64,000 nt of DNA from Clostridia bacterium (GCA_045613765.1 JAZLBO010000012.1:674-64673), one strand, 5' to 3'; positions 1-8,520 are shown, numbered from the stretch's first letter. The notes: generated by a model not told the origin, from the sequence alone. Program-made: numbers and translations.

Positions 1-582
1 TGTGCCAAGCAAGAGCGTCAAAATTGCCACGTCTCTCGCTCTTGTGTTGAGCAAAATCTTTCTTTGATGCTCACTCATAGAGGTGCTTTCTTCGGCTGCA
101 TCAAGGATTTTGTCAATTTCTCGTGATTCAAGACGGATGATATCCTTTTCATGTTGCTTGGGCATCTTGATTTTGCTTGCGACATTTTGCGTCAACTTGT
201 CTTTGTTGTAGAAATACTTGAAAAACGTACGGACAGTCGACAGTTTTCTTGCTTTTCCTTTTTCGCCATTTGAAAATTCCTTGCCTTCAAACTCGTAGAA
301 GGTCAAATATTCCAAAAATCCTTCAAGATGCAGAAGGGTAATTCCTTCAAGGTCACGTAATTCAATATTTTTTGGATCTTTTTTGAGCCTAAATATTGAT
401 ACTCTTTTGACTAAATAGTCAAAAAATATGCGCAAGTCATAGGCGTAATTAAGGCGAGTTAATGATGTGGTTTGTGATTCAATACCAATAAAAAACTCCT
501 CGCAAAAATCGGGCAAGTCATCACGAATGCCCAATAGTTTTCTCGTTGTTTCTTTATCTCGTTCCTTAAAATAATCTGCCAT
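1..582 (-). CDS. Tyrosine recombinase (XerC/XerD family), N-terminal 194 codons; the C-terminus runs off the left edge
   Basis: Absent from the ORF track because there is no stop inside the window. Manual translation from the ATG at 580-582 gives MADYFKERDKETTRKLLGIRDDLPDFCEEFFIGIESQTTSLTRLNYAYDLRIFFDYL... and ends ...RARDVAILTLLLGT at position 1. This is a SAM-like N-domain running into the box-I LLxxTGxR region of tyrosine recombinases. Confidence 0.75.
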   Translation of the reverse strand, partial: MADYFKERDKETTRKLLGIRDDLPDFCEEFFIGIESQTTSLTRLNYAYDLRIFFDYLVKRVSIFRLKKDPKNIELRDLEGITLLHLEGFLEYLTFYEFEGKEFSNGEKGKARKLSTVRTFFKYFYNKDKLTQNVASKIKMPKQHEKDIIRLESREIDKILDAAEESTSMSEHQRKILLNTRARDVAILTLLLGT

Positions 583-871
583 ACAATTTGCTCTTTATAA
601 TATCAATAATATTATAACAAACTATTCGCAAAATGTCAATATTGTAATGGTGTCAAACCACAATATTTTGACCGTAAAAATTGTGGGGAAGTGGTATATG
701 TAGTGTTTCAAGCGATTGCGAAAATTTTTATGTTGTAAATGTTTTTCCTGTTCATTTGGCAAGGTCTGTGCCAATTTTTGTTTTTTGACAAAAAAATATC
801 GCAAGGAGCCTTGCGATATTCCTTTTGCGATTCAATAAGTTGTTTTTAAGAAGATTTGACTGAACAGCATT

Positions 872-1594
872 TCAAATTGAATCGTCAAAGTTTTGTTTGA
901 TTTTTGTCAAGATTTTGTTTTCAAGCCTACTGACTTGCACTTGTGACACGCCAAGTTCATTTGCCACGTCACTTTGAGTTTTATCTCTAAAGTAGCGCAA
1001 AATTATAATTTTTCGCTCCCTTTCGGGCAGTTTTGTAATGGCATCTTTGATGATAAGTTTGTTTAGATCATTTTCTGGGGTGTTTTTGTCTGCAATTTTA
1101 TCGCCCAAGGTCAAGTCATCATCGTCATCAATTGTTTCGTTTAGGGATAGCACCATTTTTGATGTGTCAAGTGCCAAGACAATATCCCCTGTGTCACACT
1201 CAAATACTTGTGCAAGTTCTTCAACGGTAGGGGTGGGGTTGCCGGCTTTTTCTTGCTGATCGGTGTACGCAGAGATTTTGTAGGCAAGTGTTTTTGAAAA
1301 TCTCGACACTTTGACTGCACCATCATCACGAAGAAATCTTTTGATTTCCCCTGTAATCATTGGAACGGCGTATGTGGAAAATCTGACACTAAAAGTGTCA
1401 TCAAATCCCATCATGGCTTTTGTGAAACCCATTGCACCTAGTTGCATAAGGTCATCATATTCCAATCTGCCTTTGAAACGTTTGACAATAGACTTTATCA
1501 AAGGCATATTTTCTTGTATTAGTTTTTCTTTGGCATTGTCATCACCCGCCTGCGCCTGTTTGATCAGGGCAAGGGTTTCTTCGTGGCTTAACAT
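872..1594 (-). CDS. sigF: Sporulation sigma factor SigF (SpoIIAC)
   Basis: 240 aa with sigma-70 regions 2-4 (DLMQLGAMGF, YAVPMITGEIKRFLRD, C-terminal HTH QSDVANELGVSQVQVSRLE). It is the third gene after spoIIAA and spoIIAB and overlaps the spoIIAB stop. Confidence 0.92.
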   Translation of the reverse strand: MLSHEETLALIKQAQAGDDNAKEKLIQENMPLIKSIVKRFKGRLEYDDLMQLGAMGFTKAMMGFDDTFSVRFSTYAVPMITGEIKRFLRDDGAVKVSRFSKTLAYKISAYTDQQEKAGNPTPTVEELAQVFECDTGDIVLALDTSKMVLSLNETIDDDDDLTLGDKIADKNTPENDLNKLIIKDAITKLPERERKIIILRYFRDKTQSDVANELGVSQVQVSRLENKILTKIKQNFDDSI

Positions 1595-2007
1595 ACGCCA
1601 AATCGCTTTGTCATAGTCACTGACGTGCCTTGCCCAAGGGTTGAAATAATCTCGACGCTATCCATAAAAGTTTCCATAATTGTGAAACCCATGCCACTTC
1701 GTTCATCTCCACCACTTGTGTACATTGGCGTTCTTGCCATTTCGACGTCTTCAATACCTTTGCCGTTGTCACTTATAGTGACAGATAAGGTATTTTCATT
1801 GATGCTTGCAGATATTGAGATGATTCCATTGCCGTTTTCGTACGCGTGCACAACGCAATTGGTCACGGCTTCACTGATTGCAGTCTTCAAATCACTGATC
1901 TCCTCGATGGTGGGGGAAAGTGGAAGGATAAAAGAAGATAGGGTATTTCTTGCAAAGGCCTCGTTTTCGCCTATTGCAGGTATTTGCATTTTGAAATAGT
2001 TATTCAT
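1588..2007 (-). CDS. spoIIAB: Anti-sigma F factor / serine kinase SpoIIAB
   Basis: HATPase_c motifs (EAVTNCVVHAY, DNGKGI, GMGF). Start moved to the ATG at 2007 (MNNYFKMQIP...), which has an AAGGAG Shine-Dalgarno 7 nt upstream. The track start at 2055 would overlap spoIIAA. Confidence 0.9.
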   Translation of the reverse strand: MNNYFKMQIPAIGENEAFARNTLSSFILPLSPTIEEISDLKTAISEAVTNCVVHAYENGNGIISISASINENTLSVTISDNGKGIEDVEMARTPMYTSGGDERSGMGFTIMETFMDSVEIISTLGQGTSVTMTKRFGVC

Positions 2008-2017
2008 AATCAACTCC

Positions 2018-2317
2018 TTATATTTTTGGACAGAGAGAATATACGCCACTTGCACGGAAAATTTTATCTACGTGGGCGGGTACGTTTTGCAGTAGAAGTT
2101 CAACGTTGTTGTCCTTGAGCCTTTTATATCTTCCAAATATTAAGCCCAAACCGGTGCTGTCAATAAAGGAAACATCCTTAAAGTCAAAGATAACGGCACG
2201 AAGTCCTTGCCTTGAGATGAGATTGTCAATGTCGCTACGGATTTTTTTGACGTAGTAATCATCAATATCTCCAATAAATTTAATGTAAAGATTATCAAAT
2301 TGAAATTTATGCTTCAC
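2018..2317 (-). CDS. spoIIAA: Anti-anti-sigma factor SpoIIAA (STAS domain)
   Basis: 99 aa STAS protein with the phosphorylatable-serine motif region FIDSTGLG. First gene of the spoIIA operon. Confidence 0.9.
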   Translation of the reverse strand: MKHKFQFDNLYIKFIGDIDDYYVKKIRSDIDNLISRQGLRAVIFDFKDVSFIDSTGLGLIFGRYKRLKDNNVELLLQNVPAHVDKIFRASGVYSLCPKI

Positions 2318-2440
2318 TTTTGAGCCCTCCGTGTATATAATAAATAAGAAAAATACCCTTGCATTAAGAAAGATTGTCGCAATTTGGGAGATATCAAAGA
2401 AAAAGAATAAAAATTTCCTAAAAAATTGTGTGAAAAATTG

Positions 2441-2469
2441 TTGACAAGTTTTTCAACTTATTGTATATT
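2441..2469 (+). promoter_or_regulatory. Sigma-A type promoter for the tRNA cluster
   Basis: TTGACA (2441-2446), 17 nt spacer, TATATT (2464-2469), about 22 nt upstream of tRNA-Pro. Confidence 0.6.
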
Positions 2470-2491
2470 GTAAAAGTCGTGAAAATCCCCT

Positions 2492-2568
2492 CGGGGTGTG
2501 GCGCAGTTTGGTAGCGCACTTGCTTTGGGAGCAAGGGGCCGGAAGTTCAAATCTTCTCACCCCGACCA
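2492..2568 (+). tRNA. tRNA-Pro (anticodon UGG)
   Basis: Acceptor stem CGGGGTG/CACCCCG, anticodon arm CTTGC-TTTGGGA-GCAAG, T-loop TTCAAAT, encoded CCA. Confidence 0.93.
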
Positions 2569-2593
2569 ATATCACGAGTAAGCCGAAAGATTC

Positions 2594-2670
2594 GGGCCTT
2601 TAGCTCAGTTGGTTAGAGCGGTCGGCTCATAACCGATTGGTCCGCGGTTCGAGTCCGTGAAGGCCCACCA
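2594..2670 (+). tRNA. tRNA with CAU anticodon; probably tRNA-Ile2 (lysidine type) rather than elongator or initiator Met
   Basis: Cloverleaf with anticodon loop CTCATAA and encoded CCA. The G1-C72 pair and the lack of a GGG/CCC anticodon stem argue against an initiator. The C4-G69/C5-G68 pairs and overall resemblance to ileX-type tRNAs suggest Ile2. That identity assignment is an inference. Confidence 0.85.
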
Positions 2671-2689
2671 TTAAAAAATACAAAAGTAT

Positions 2690-2766
2690 GGCCCGGTAGT
2701 ACAGTTGGTTAGTACGCCAGCCTGTCACGCTGGAGGTCAGGGGTTCGAGCCCCCTTCGGGTCGCCA
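2690..2766 (+). tRNA. tRNA-Asp (anticodon GUC)
   Basis: Anticodon arm CCAGC-CTGTCAC-GCTGG, T-arm AGGGG-TTCGAGC-CCCCT, encoded CCA. Very similar to Bacillus tRNA-Asp. Confidence 0.93.
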
Positions 2767-2772
2767 AAATAA

Positions 2773-2801
2773 ATGAGGCAGTGATAAACTCGCTGCCTCA
2801 T
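2773..2801 (+). other. 9-bp hairpin in the tRNA-Asp/tRNA-Phe spacer
   Basis: ATGAGGCAG (2773-2781) pairs with CTGCCTCAT (2793-2801) around an 11-nt loop. No T-tract follows, so it is not a canonical terminator. Confidence 0.5.
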
Positions 2802-2816
2802 TTAACACCAAAACTA

Positions 2817-2892
2817 GCCTCGGTAGCTCAGTTGGTAGAGCAGGGGACTGAAAATCCCCGTGTCGGTGGTTCAAGTCCGCCCCGAGGCACCA
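2817..2892 (+). tRNA. tRNA-Phe (anticodon GAA)
   Basis: Anticodon arm GGGGA-CTGAAAA-TCCCC, acceptor GCCTCGG/CCGAGGC, encoded CCA. Confidence 0.93.
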
Positions 2893-2900
2893 TCAATAAT

Positions 2901-2976
2901 GCTAGTGTAGCTCAGTCGGTAGAGCAGCTGATTTGTAATCAGCAGGTCGGGGGTTCAAGTCCGTCCACTAGCTCCA
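2901..2976 (+). tRNA. tRNA-Thr (anticodon UGU)
   Basis: Anticodon arm GCTGA-TTTGTAA-TCAGC, acceptor GCTAGTG/CACTAGC, encoded CCA. Confidence 0.92.
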
Positions 2977-2979
2977 TCT

Positions 2980-3043
<64 letters not shown>

Positions 3044-3064
<21 letters not shown>

Positions 3065-3222
3065 AGAAAATCCAAGTCGAATGAATTGGGTTTTTCTTTT
3101 GGGGTGGGAAAAGGTGGATTAGGCATCTATGATGCCGTATTGCAATACTTTGTATTGCACGAACCACCTTTCGGTGGTGGCGCGAAGTGCTTTATGCACA
3201 AGTGCCACACTTCGCTATTATA
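3044..3222 (+). repeat. Tandem repeat unit 1 (179 bp): the last 21 nt of tRNA-Tyr plus a terminator hairpin and a multi-hairpin trailer
   Basis: CGAATCCACCCCCTCCCACCAAGAAAATCCAAGTCGAATGA... at 3044 recurs at 3223, so the period is exactly 179 bp. Internal hairpins: GGCATC-TAT-GATGCC, GCAATAC-TTT-GTATTGC, CCACC-TTTC-GGTGG and GCGAAGTG...CACTTCGC. Confidence 0.85.
3072..3100 (+). terminator. Rho-independent terminator after tRNA-Tyr (copy 1; one stem mismatch)
   Basis: CCAAGTC-GAAT-GAATTGG followed by GTTTTTCTTTT. Confidence 0.6.
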
Positions 3223-3392
3223 CGAATCCACCCCCTCCCACCAAGAAAATCCAAGTCGAATGACTTGGGTTTTCCTTTTGGGGTGGGAAAGGTGGATTAG
3301 GCATCTATGATGCCGTTTACAATACTTTGTATTGTACGAACCACTTTTCGGTTATGGCGCTTGAGCAATAACGCAAGCTTCGGCTCTTCGCT
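3223..3392 (+). repeat. Tandem repeat unit 2: an orphan copy of the tRNA-Tyr 3' end (21 nt) plus terminator and a diverged trailer
   Basis: Near-identical to unit 1 over the first ~130 nt, with scattered substitutions and 1-nt indels. The last ~50 nt are diverged but still hairpin-forming (AGC-TTCG-GCT). Similarity ends at CTATTACGAG, and no third copy of the tRNA end follows. Confidence 0.85.
3251..3279 (+). terminator. Rho-independent terminator (copy 2; perfect stem)
   Basis: CCAAGTC-GAAT-GACTTGG followed by GTTTTCCTTTT. Confidence 0.65.
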
Positions 3393-3476
3393 ATTACGAG
3401 TATTTATTTTCATTGACATGATTTGTGCCATCAACTATAATTTGGATATATAAACGTATAAATTTATGGATATGTT

Positions 3477-3929
3477 ATGGATTTGATCATAAGAAAATTT
3501 TCAATAAATGATTTAGACTCATTATATTCGTTGTTGTCTGATGAAGATGTGATGAGATACATTGAGCCCGTTTTTACAAAAGAAAAAACTGAGCAGTTTC
3601 TTACGTCTGCAGGACTTTCTGAAAATCCCTTGATTTATGCCGTTGATAACGATGGACGGTTTATTGGGTATGTAATTTTTCATCCCTTTGATGAGGACAG
3701 TATTGAGATTGGATGGGTGTTGCACAAAAAGTTTTGGGGCAAGGGATATGCCCAAAAATTGACTGAAATGCTTGTGAATAAAACCTTTTCACTTAATAAA
3801 GACGCAATAATTGAGTGTTCGGCAGACCAATGTGTCACAAAGCACATTGCCAATAAGTTTGGATTCGAATATTTGGGCGAATTTGACGGACTTTATAGAT
3901 TTGTATTGAGATATAGTAGTCAAATTTAG
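3477..3929 (+). CDS. GNAT family N-acetyltransferase
   Basis: 150 aa. Acetyl-CoA binding-type motif WGKGYAQKL in a typical RimJ/RimL-like layout. Confidence 0.75.
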   Translation: MDLIIRKFSINDLDSLYSLLSDEDVMRYIEPVFTKEKTEQFLTSAGLSENPLIYAVDNDGRFIGYVIFHPFDEDSIEIGWVLHKKFWGKGYAQKLTEMLVNKTFSLNKDAIIECSADQCVTKHIANKFGFEYLGEFDGLYRFVLRYSSQI

Positions 3930-4006
3930 CAGTTGATTTGAAAATAGGTTGAAAAATTTTATATTTTATTGTAAAATATAATCAGTTAATTTTGGAGGTA
4001 GTGGAT

Positions 4007-4783
4007 ATGCTTGAATGGTTGAGATTTCCAAAAACAATATTTGCAGCAAAGAAAACCCTGCAAGACATAAAAAACTATTGTTTCGCATTTCAAATTGTTA
4101 CGGCACTCGTGTCCATAGGATATTTTATTTACGCTCTTTGCACAGGCACAGGTTTGCTTTGGGCAAATGCTTTGTCACTTTCTCTCATTGTTGTATTCAA
4201 TATTATTAGATTTACAACAAGAGAAGTGCCCGAAAAGAGATCAAATAGAAAGACTCTCAAAAAGGTTTACAGATGGATACATATTCTCATCAAGGCTTTC
4301 ACTTTGGCTGTTATGTTGTATGGCGTATATTCTGCAGCATCAACGGCTATGACCAATAAATTCTTTGCATTTACCATCATTTATGCAAGTATTATGGTTA
4401 TGATGTGGATCATCCAACTCGTCCTTGAGGTGCTCATTGACCTTCTTGATGCAAAGATTGATTATATTAGCAAGGAATTCCAAAAGGATCTTGAGCCTAT
4501 TATGGAAGAACACGTTGGTCCTGTGCTTAACAAAGTGAATGCAGTCGTTGAAGTAAAAGAAAGACTTGAGGTCAAGGCAGAGGCTTTGAGTGACAAAACA
4601 CACGAAGTCATTGACAATATCGCACGTCCTTTGAAGGGCTTTGCAGACTCAATCAAGCGTAAACTTGAATCAAAGAATGCATCAACTGCCGAACAGCTTC
4701 CAGAAAGCACTGAAAGTGCCGAAGATGTCAAACTTATAGTGGCCGATACAATTGCAGTAGAAGGCGAAGTGCAAGAAGACTAA
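4007..4783 (+). CDS. Hypothetical membrane protein (about 4 TM segments plus an acidic coiled-coil-like tail)
   Basis: Start moved to the ATG at 4007 (MLEWLRF...), which has a GGAGG 8 nt upstream. Hydrophobic N-terminal half. No family recognised. Confidence 0.55.
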   Translation: MLEWLRFPKTIFAAKKTLQDIKNYCFAFQIVTALVSIGYFIYALCTGTGLLWANALSLSLIVVFNIIRFTTREVPEKRSNRKTLKKVYRWIHILIKAFTLAVMLYGVYSAASTAMTNKFFAFTIIYASIMVMMWIIQLVLEVLIDLLDAKIDYISKEFQKDLEPIMEEHVGPVLNKVNAVVEVKERLEVKAEALSDKTHEVIDNIARPLKGFADSIKRKLESKNASTAEQLPESTESAEDVKLIVADTIAVEGEVQED

Positions 4784-4805
4784 AACCAAGATATTTTATA
4801 AGGAA

Positions 4806-4828
4806 ACACCACCTTGTGGTGTTTTTTT
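4806..4828 (+). terminator. Rho-independent terminator
   Basis: ACACCAC-CTT-GTGGTGT followed by TTTTTT. Confidence 0.75.
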
Positions 4829-4922
4829 ATTTGAAAATACATAAAATTATTATATACGCGTGAAAAAATAGTTGGCAAAATTTGGGTTGAATATTATAAT
4901 CATACCAAAGGAGAATTTTATT

Positions 4923-6149
4923 ATGAAAAAGACTACTATGCAAAAATATGCTCGCTTGATTGCAAGAAAGGGCATCAACGTCCAAAAAGGACAAGAAGTT
5001 ATGGTGTTTGCATCTCTCGATCAACCTGAATTTGTCAAAATGGTTGTTGAAGAATGTTATCGCGCAGGTGCAGGCAAAGTTATCGTTGAATGGGATTATC
5101 AACCCATTACAAAACTCAACTATCGTTATCGCAGTTTGAAGACACTTTCAACAGTTGAAAAGTGGGAAGTTGCACGTCTTGAACATCGTCTTGAAGTGCT
5201 TCCTGCAATGATTTACATTGAAAGTGATGATCCAGACGGACTCAAGGGCATCAATCAAGAAAAGATGGCAAAATCACAACAAGCAAGATATCCCATCATC
5301 AAGCCTTTCCGTGACAAAATGGACAACAAGTATCAATGGTGTATTGCAGCAGCCCCCGGCGAAGCATGGGCAAAGAAGGTTTTCCCCGGCTTGAAGAAGA
5401 ATCAAGCAATCGAAAAACTTTGGGAAGCAATCCTTTATACATCACGTGCAGACGGAGATGATCCTATCAAGGCATGGGACGAACATAATGCAGATATTCA
5501 CGCAAGATGCAAGTTCTTGAACGATTTGGGCATTGCAGAATTGCACTATAAATCATCAAACGGCACAGATTTCACAGTTGGACTCATTGAAGATGGTTTG
5601 TTCTGTGGTGGATGCGAAGACACTCTTGGTGGCGTTACATACAATCCCAATATTCCCAGTGAAGAAGTGTTTACTTCACCTATGAAAGGCAAGGCAGAAG
5701 GTGTTGTTGTATCAACACGTCCTTTGTCATACCGTGGCGAAGTCATTGAAAACTTCTCAATTAGATTTGAAAAAGGCAAGGCAGTTGAAGTTCATGCAGA
5801 AAGAAATGAAGAACTTTTGAAATCTATGATTTCAATGGACGATACAGCAGGTTATCTTGGCGAAGTTGCCCTTGTGCCTTATGATAGTCCTATTAGAAAT
5901 AGTGAAATTACATTTTTCAATACATTGTTTGATGAAAATGCTTGCTGTCACCTTGCACTCGGTGCAGGTTTCAACAACTGCCTTAAAGACTACGACAAAT
6001 ACACTCTTGAAGAATGTACTGAAAAAGGTGTCAATGACTCAATGATCCACGTTGACTTTATGATCGGCAGTGAAGATCTTGCAATTGACGCAATCACACG
6101 TGATGGCAAGACTGTTGCAATCTTCCGTGACGGAAATTGGGCATTTTAG
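4923..6149 (+). CDS. Aminopeptidase, M29 (AmpS/PepS) family
   Basis: 408 aa from the ATG at 4923 (AAGGAG SD upstream). N-terminus MKKTTMQKYARLIARKGINVQKGQEV and the C-terminal region HLALGAGF...MIHVDFMIGS are typical of the thermophilic-metalloprotease M29 family. Confidence 0.8.
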   Translation: MKKTTMQKYARLIARKGINVQKGQEVMVFASLDQPEFVKMVVEECYRAGAGKVIVEWDYQPITKLNYRYRSLKTLSTVEKWEVARLEHRLEVLPAMIYIESDDPDGLKGINQEKMAKSQQARYPIIKPFRDKMDNKYQWCIAAAPGEAWAKKVFPGLKKNQAIEKLWEAILYTSRADGDDPIKAWDEHNADIHARCKFLNDLGIAELHYKSSNGTDFTVGLIEDGLFCGGCEDTLGGVTYNPNIPSEEVFTSPMKGKAEGVVVSTRPLSYRGEVIENFSIRFEKGKAVEVHAERNEELLKSMISMDDTAGYLGEVALVPYDSPIRNSEITFFNTLFDENACCHLALGAGFNNCLKDYDKYTLEECTEKGVNDSMIHVDFMIGSEDLAIDAITRDGKTVAIFRDGNWAF

Positions 6150-6159
6150 GCTATAGTAT

Positions 6160-6630
6160 ATGAAAGTTCGTTTTGCAGAAGAAAAGGATATTGCTCGTAT
6201 AGGCGAATTGCTTGTCCAAATTGGTGGTTTGCATCACACGGCAAGGCCGGATATTTTCAATCCTGCAACACCAAAATTTGGTGCTGATGATTTGAAAGAA
6301 ATTTTTGAATCGCCAGAGAAGTTTGTTTTCGTTGCAGTTGATGACAATGATGTGGTGCAAGGGCATCTGTTTTGTCACACTCGTGAAAGTGACGGACAGG
6401 GTGTTATTGCCAAAATCAAAACAATGTGGATTGAAGACCTTTGCGTTGATGAAAAGGTGCGTAACAGTGGTATAGGCACAATACTATTTGATGCAGTTGA
6501 AAAATTTGCAAAAGAACAACAGTGTGGCAGTATGACACTTAATGTTTGGAAATTCAACGAAGGTGCAAAACTTTTTTATGAAAAGAACGGAATGAGCATA
6601 CAACGTTTTACTCTTGAAAAAAATATCTAA
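6160..6630 (+). CDS. GNAT family N-acetyltransferase
   Basis: 156 aa with the motif VRNSGIGTILFDAVEKFA (Q/RxxGxG/A). Confidence 0.75.
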   Translation: MKVRFAEEKDIARIGELLVQIGGLHHTARPDIFNPATPKFGADDLKEIFESPEKFVFVAVDDNDVVQGHLFCHTRESDGQGVIAKIKTMWIEDLCVDEKVRNSGIGTILFDAVEKFAKEQQCGSMTLNVWKFNEGAKLFYEKNGMSIQRFTLEKNI

Positions 6631-6671
6631 AACGAAATTCTCATTTCAACAATAATCGTCAACAACTTTAG

Positions 6672-6702
6672 AACCATCTCTTTAGAGATGGTTTTCTTTT
6701 TG
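6672..6702 (+). terminator. Rho-independent terminator
   Basis: AACCATCTC-TTTA-GAGATGGTT followed by TTCTTTTTG. The ATG at 6688 used as the start of track ORF 6688..6885 lies inside this stem. Confidence 0.75.
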
Positions 6703-6750
6703 CTTAAAATCAAATTGAATAAAAATCATCATATTGTAAACAATATTTTT

Positions 6751-6885
6751 ATGGATATAACTATGAGCAATTTGGAAGATAAGGAAACATTTTTCAAAAC
6801 ACCTGATGACATTGACGTGCAACCAATCGAAGATAGGGTTTTTCGTGATGGAATAAAGGAAATTCTGGGAAAAGAATATGATTGA
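6751..6885 (+). CDS. Small acidic hypothetical protein (44 aa, or 40 aa from the ATG at 6763), overlapping the spoVAC start
   Basis: MDITMSNLEDKETFFKTPDDIDVQPIEDRVFRDGIKEILGKEYD. Its stop overlaps the spoVAC ATG by 8 nt, which suggests translational coupling. No clear SD and no family recognised. Confidence 0.3.
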   Translation: MDITMSNLEDKETFFKTPDDIDVQPIEDRVFRDGIKEILGKEYD

Positions 6886-7318
6886 AAGAAAATTATATCA
6901 AGAATATGTAAAGAATACTGCGCCAAAATCCCCTATGATGCGTAGCATTTTGTGTGCATTTTTGGTGGGTGGATTGATATGTTCAATAGGCGAAGGAGTA
7001 AAAGATATTATAAAACTTATTGAACCTACAATGGCAAAGCAAGACGTTGGCAGTTGGGTTTCTATATCTATGATATTCCTTGGCAGTTTTCTCACTGCAA
7101 TAGGCGTCTACGATAAAATTGGCCATTATGCAGGCGCAGGATCAATTGTACCAATCACTGGATTCGCCAATTCAGTTGTTTCTCCTGCAATGGAATTCAA
7201 CCGAGAAGGCATATTCTTTGGGGTGTGCGCAAAGATGTTTATAATAGCCGGGCCAATCATTGTTTTTGGCGTTGTTGCAAGTGTGATTGTTGGACTTGTG
7301 GGGTTGTTGATCGTATGA
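6878..7318 (+). CDS. spoVAC: Stage V sporulation protein AC
   Basis: 146 aa membrane protein with the signature GAGSIVPITGFANS. Followed by spoVAD and spoVAE. Confidence 0.9.
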   Translation: MIERKLYQEYVKNTAPKSPMMRSILCAFLVGGLICSIGEGVKDIIKLIEPTMAKQDVGSWVSISMIFLGSFLTAIGVYDKIGHYAGAGSIVPITGFANSVVSPAMEFNREGIFFGVCAKMFIIAGPIIVFGVVASVIVGLVGLLIV

Positions 7319-8463
7319 AGAAAAAAGGCAGTTTTCAGTTATCTAACGGGGTATATATCAAAAGTGGATATACCATTGTCGGCAAAAAAGAAGAAGACGG
7401 AAACTATTCTGGCAACTTTGATTTGGTGCTAAAAGATGATCTTTGGGGTGAAAAATCTTACGAAAAAGCCGAGTGTAAAATGCATAGAGAGGCAATCGCG
7501 GGGGCAATTGCAAAGGCAAATTTGACAATTGATGATATTGACGTAATGCTCGCGGGAGATTTGCTCAACGAGTTGAGTGCATCAAGTTTTTCTGCACGCA
7601 ATTTTCCTATGCCATTTTTGGGATTATATAATGCTTGTTCAACTTTTGGCGAGTGTATGATTGTTGGAAGTATGTTGATAGATTCAGGTTTTGCTGATAT
7701 GGTCACTTGTTCAACGTCAAGCCACTTTTCGTCGGCAGAAAGGCAATATAGATACCCGTTGGAACTTGGAAACCAAAGAACACCCACTGCACAATGGACA
7801 GTTACGGGCGCAGGTGCTTGTGTTTTGTCAAAATATAAGCCTGATTTTGAAGATAATCGGTGCAAAACAGGTCAAAATCTTGCAGAAATGGATGAAAATG
7901 ACAAGAAATTCATCTTTGATACCACTGCAGAGCGTATTAAATGCGAAAAAACTCACGTTGCAAAAGTTGTTGAAGGCACAATAGGTCGTGTTGTTGACCT
8001 TGGAATTGATGATGAAAGCAATATGGGTGCAGCGATGGCACCTGCAGCAGCAGACACAATTATGCGCCATCTTGCAGATTTCAACAGAGAACCCGACTAT
8101 TATGATGCCATAATAACGGGCGATTTGGGCAGATACGGCAAAAGTTTGCTCAAATATATCCTTTCAAAAGACGGAATAAAGTTACCCGACACATATATGG
8201 ACTCTGGTGCAGGTTATTTCAAACCCGAGCAACAAACATTTCAAGGTGGATCAGGGGCAGGGTGTATAAGTTCGGTTTTTAATGGTTATTTTCTAAATCA
8301 ACTTGAAAGTGGAGTATTGTCGAAAATACTTGTTGTTCCCACGGGTGCATTGCTCAACAAAGACACCCCACTGCAAAAGGAAACAATCCCAAGTATAGCA
8401 CACGCTTTTGTGGTTGAAACAGAAAAAATCAAGAAAAGTATTCTAAAAAACTTAAAAATATAG
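7315..8463 (+). CDS. spoVAD: Stage V sporulation protein AD (thiolase-like fold)
   Basis: Start set at the ATG at 7315 (ATGA overlap with the spoVAC stop; MKKKGSFQLSNG...). Matches remembered B. subtilis SpoVAD motifs (DLLNE, TSSHFSSAERQYRYP, GRVVDLGIDDESNMGAAMAPAAADTI, GGSGAGC). Carries an extra segment of about 38 aa (see findings). Confidence 0.88.
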   Translation: MKKKGSFQLSNGVYIKSGYTIVGKKEEDGNYSGNFDLVLKDDLWGEKSYEKAECKMHREAIAGAIAKANLTIDDIDVMLAGDLLNELSASSFSARNFPMPFLGLYNACSTFGECMIVGSMLIDSGFADMVTCSTSSHFSSAERQYRYPLELGNQRTPTAQWTVTGAGACVLSKYKPDFEDNRCKTGQNLAEMDENDKKFIFDTTAERIKCEKTHVAKVVEGTIGRVVDLGIDDESNMGAAMAPAAADTIMRHLADFNREPDYYDAIITGDLGRYGKSLLKYILSKDGIKLPDTYMDSGAGYFKPEQQTFQGGSGAGCISSVFNGYFLNQLESGVLSKILVVPTGALLNKDTPLQKETIPSIAHAFVVETEKIKKSILKNLKI

Positions 8464-8520
8464 AATAAAAATCGGCAATTTTGCCGTTTTTCACGAAAAT
8501 TGTGGTGATATAAGGCATAT

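Noticed and set aside
1-582. Integrase fragment as evidence for a prophage or integrative element at the left edge
   Set aside because: The sequence looks like a chromosomal XerC/XerD-type recombinase next to core sporulation genes. No other mobile-element genes or att repeats are visible in the window. The tRNA-Tyr repeat is 2.5 kb away with the spoIIA operon in between.
2318-2440. Sigma-H promoter and Spo0A box upstream of spoIIAA (AGGAAAT at about 2414-2420 on the - strand; TGTCGCA, a 0A-box-like 6/7 match, at 2377-2383)
   Set aside because: These are plausible given known spoIIA regulation, but the -10 GAAT element is not at a convincing distance and the 0A box is a single imperfect match. 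The support is too weak to annotate.
3099-3243. tmRNA or tRNA pseudogene interpretation of the structured trailer ending in ...CCACCCCCTCCCACCA
   Set aside because: It is far too short for tmRNA, with no tag reading frame or Ala-type G3:U70 acceptor. It has no D or anticodon arm, so it is not a tRNA. It is kept as an unexplained structured repeat instead.
6716-6747. Forespore (sigma-G/F type) promoter upstream of spoVAC (TGAATA ... CAATATT)
   Set aside because: The spacing between the two elements is 19 nt and the -10 match is poor, so the call is not supportable from sequence alone.
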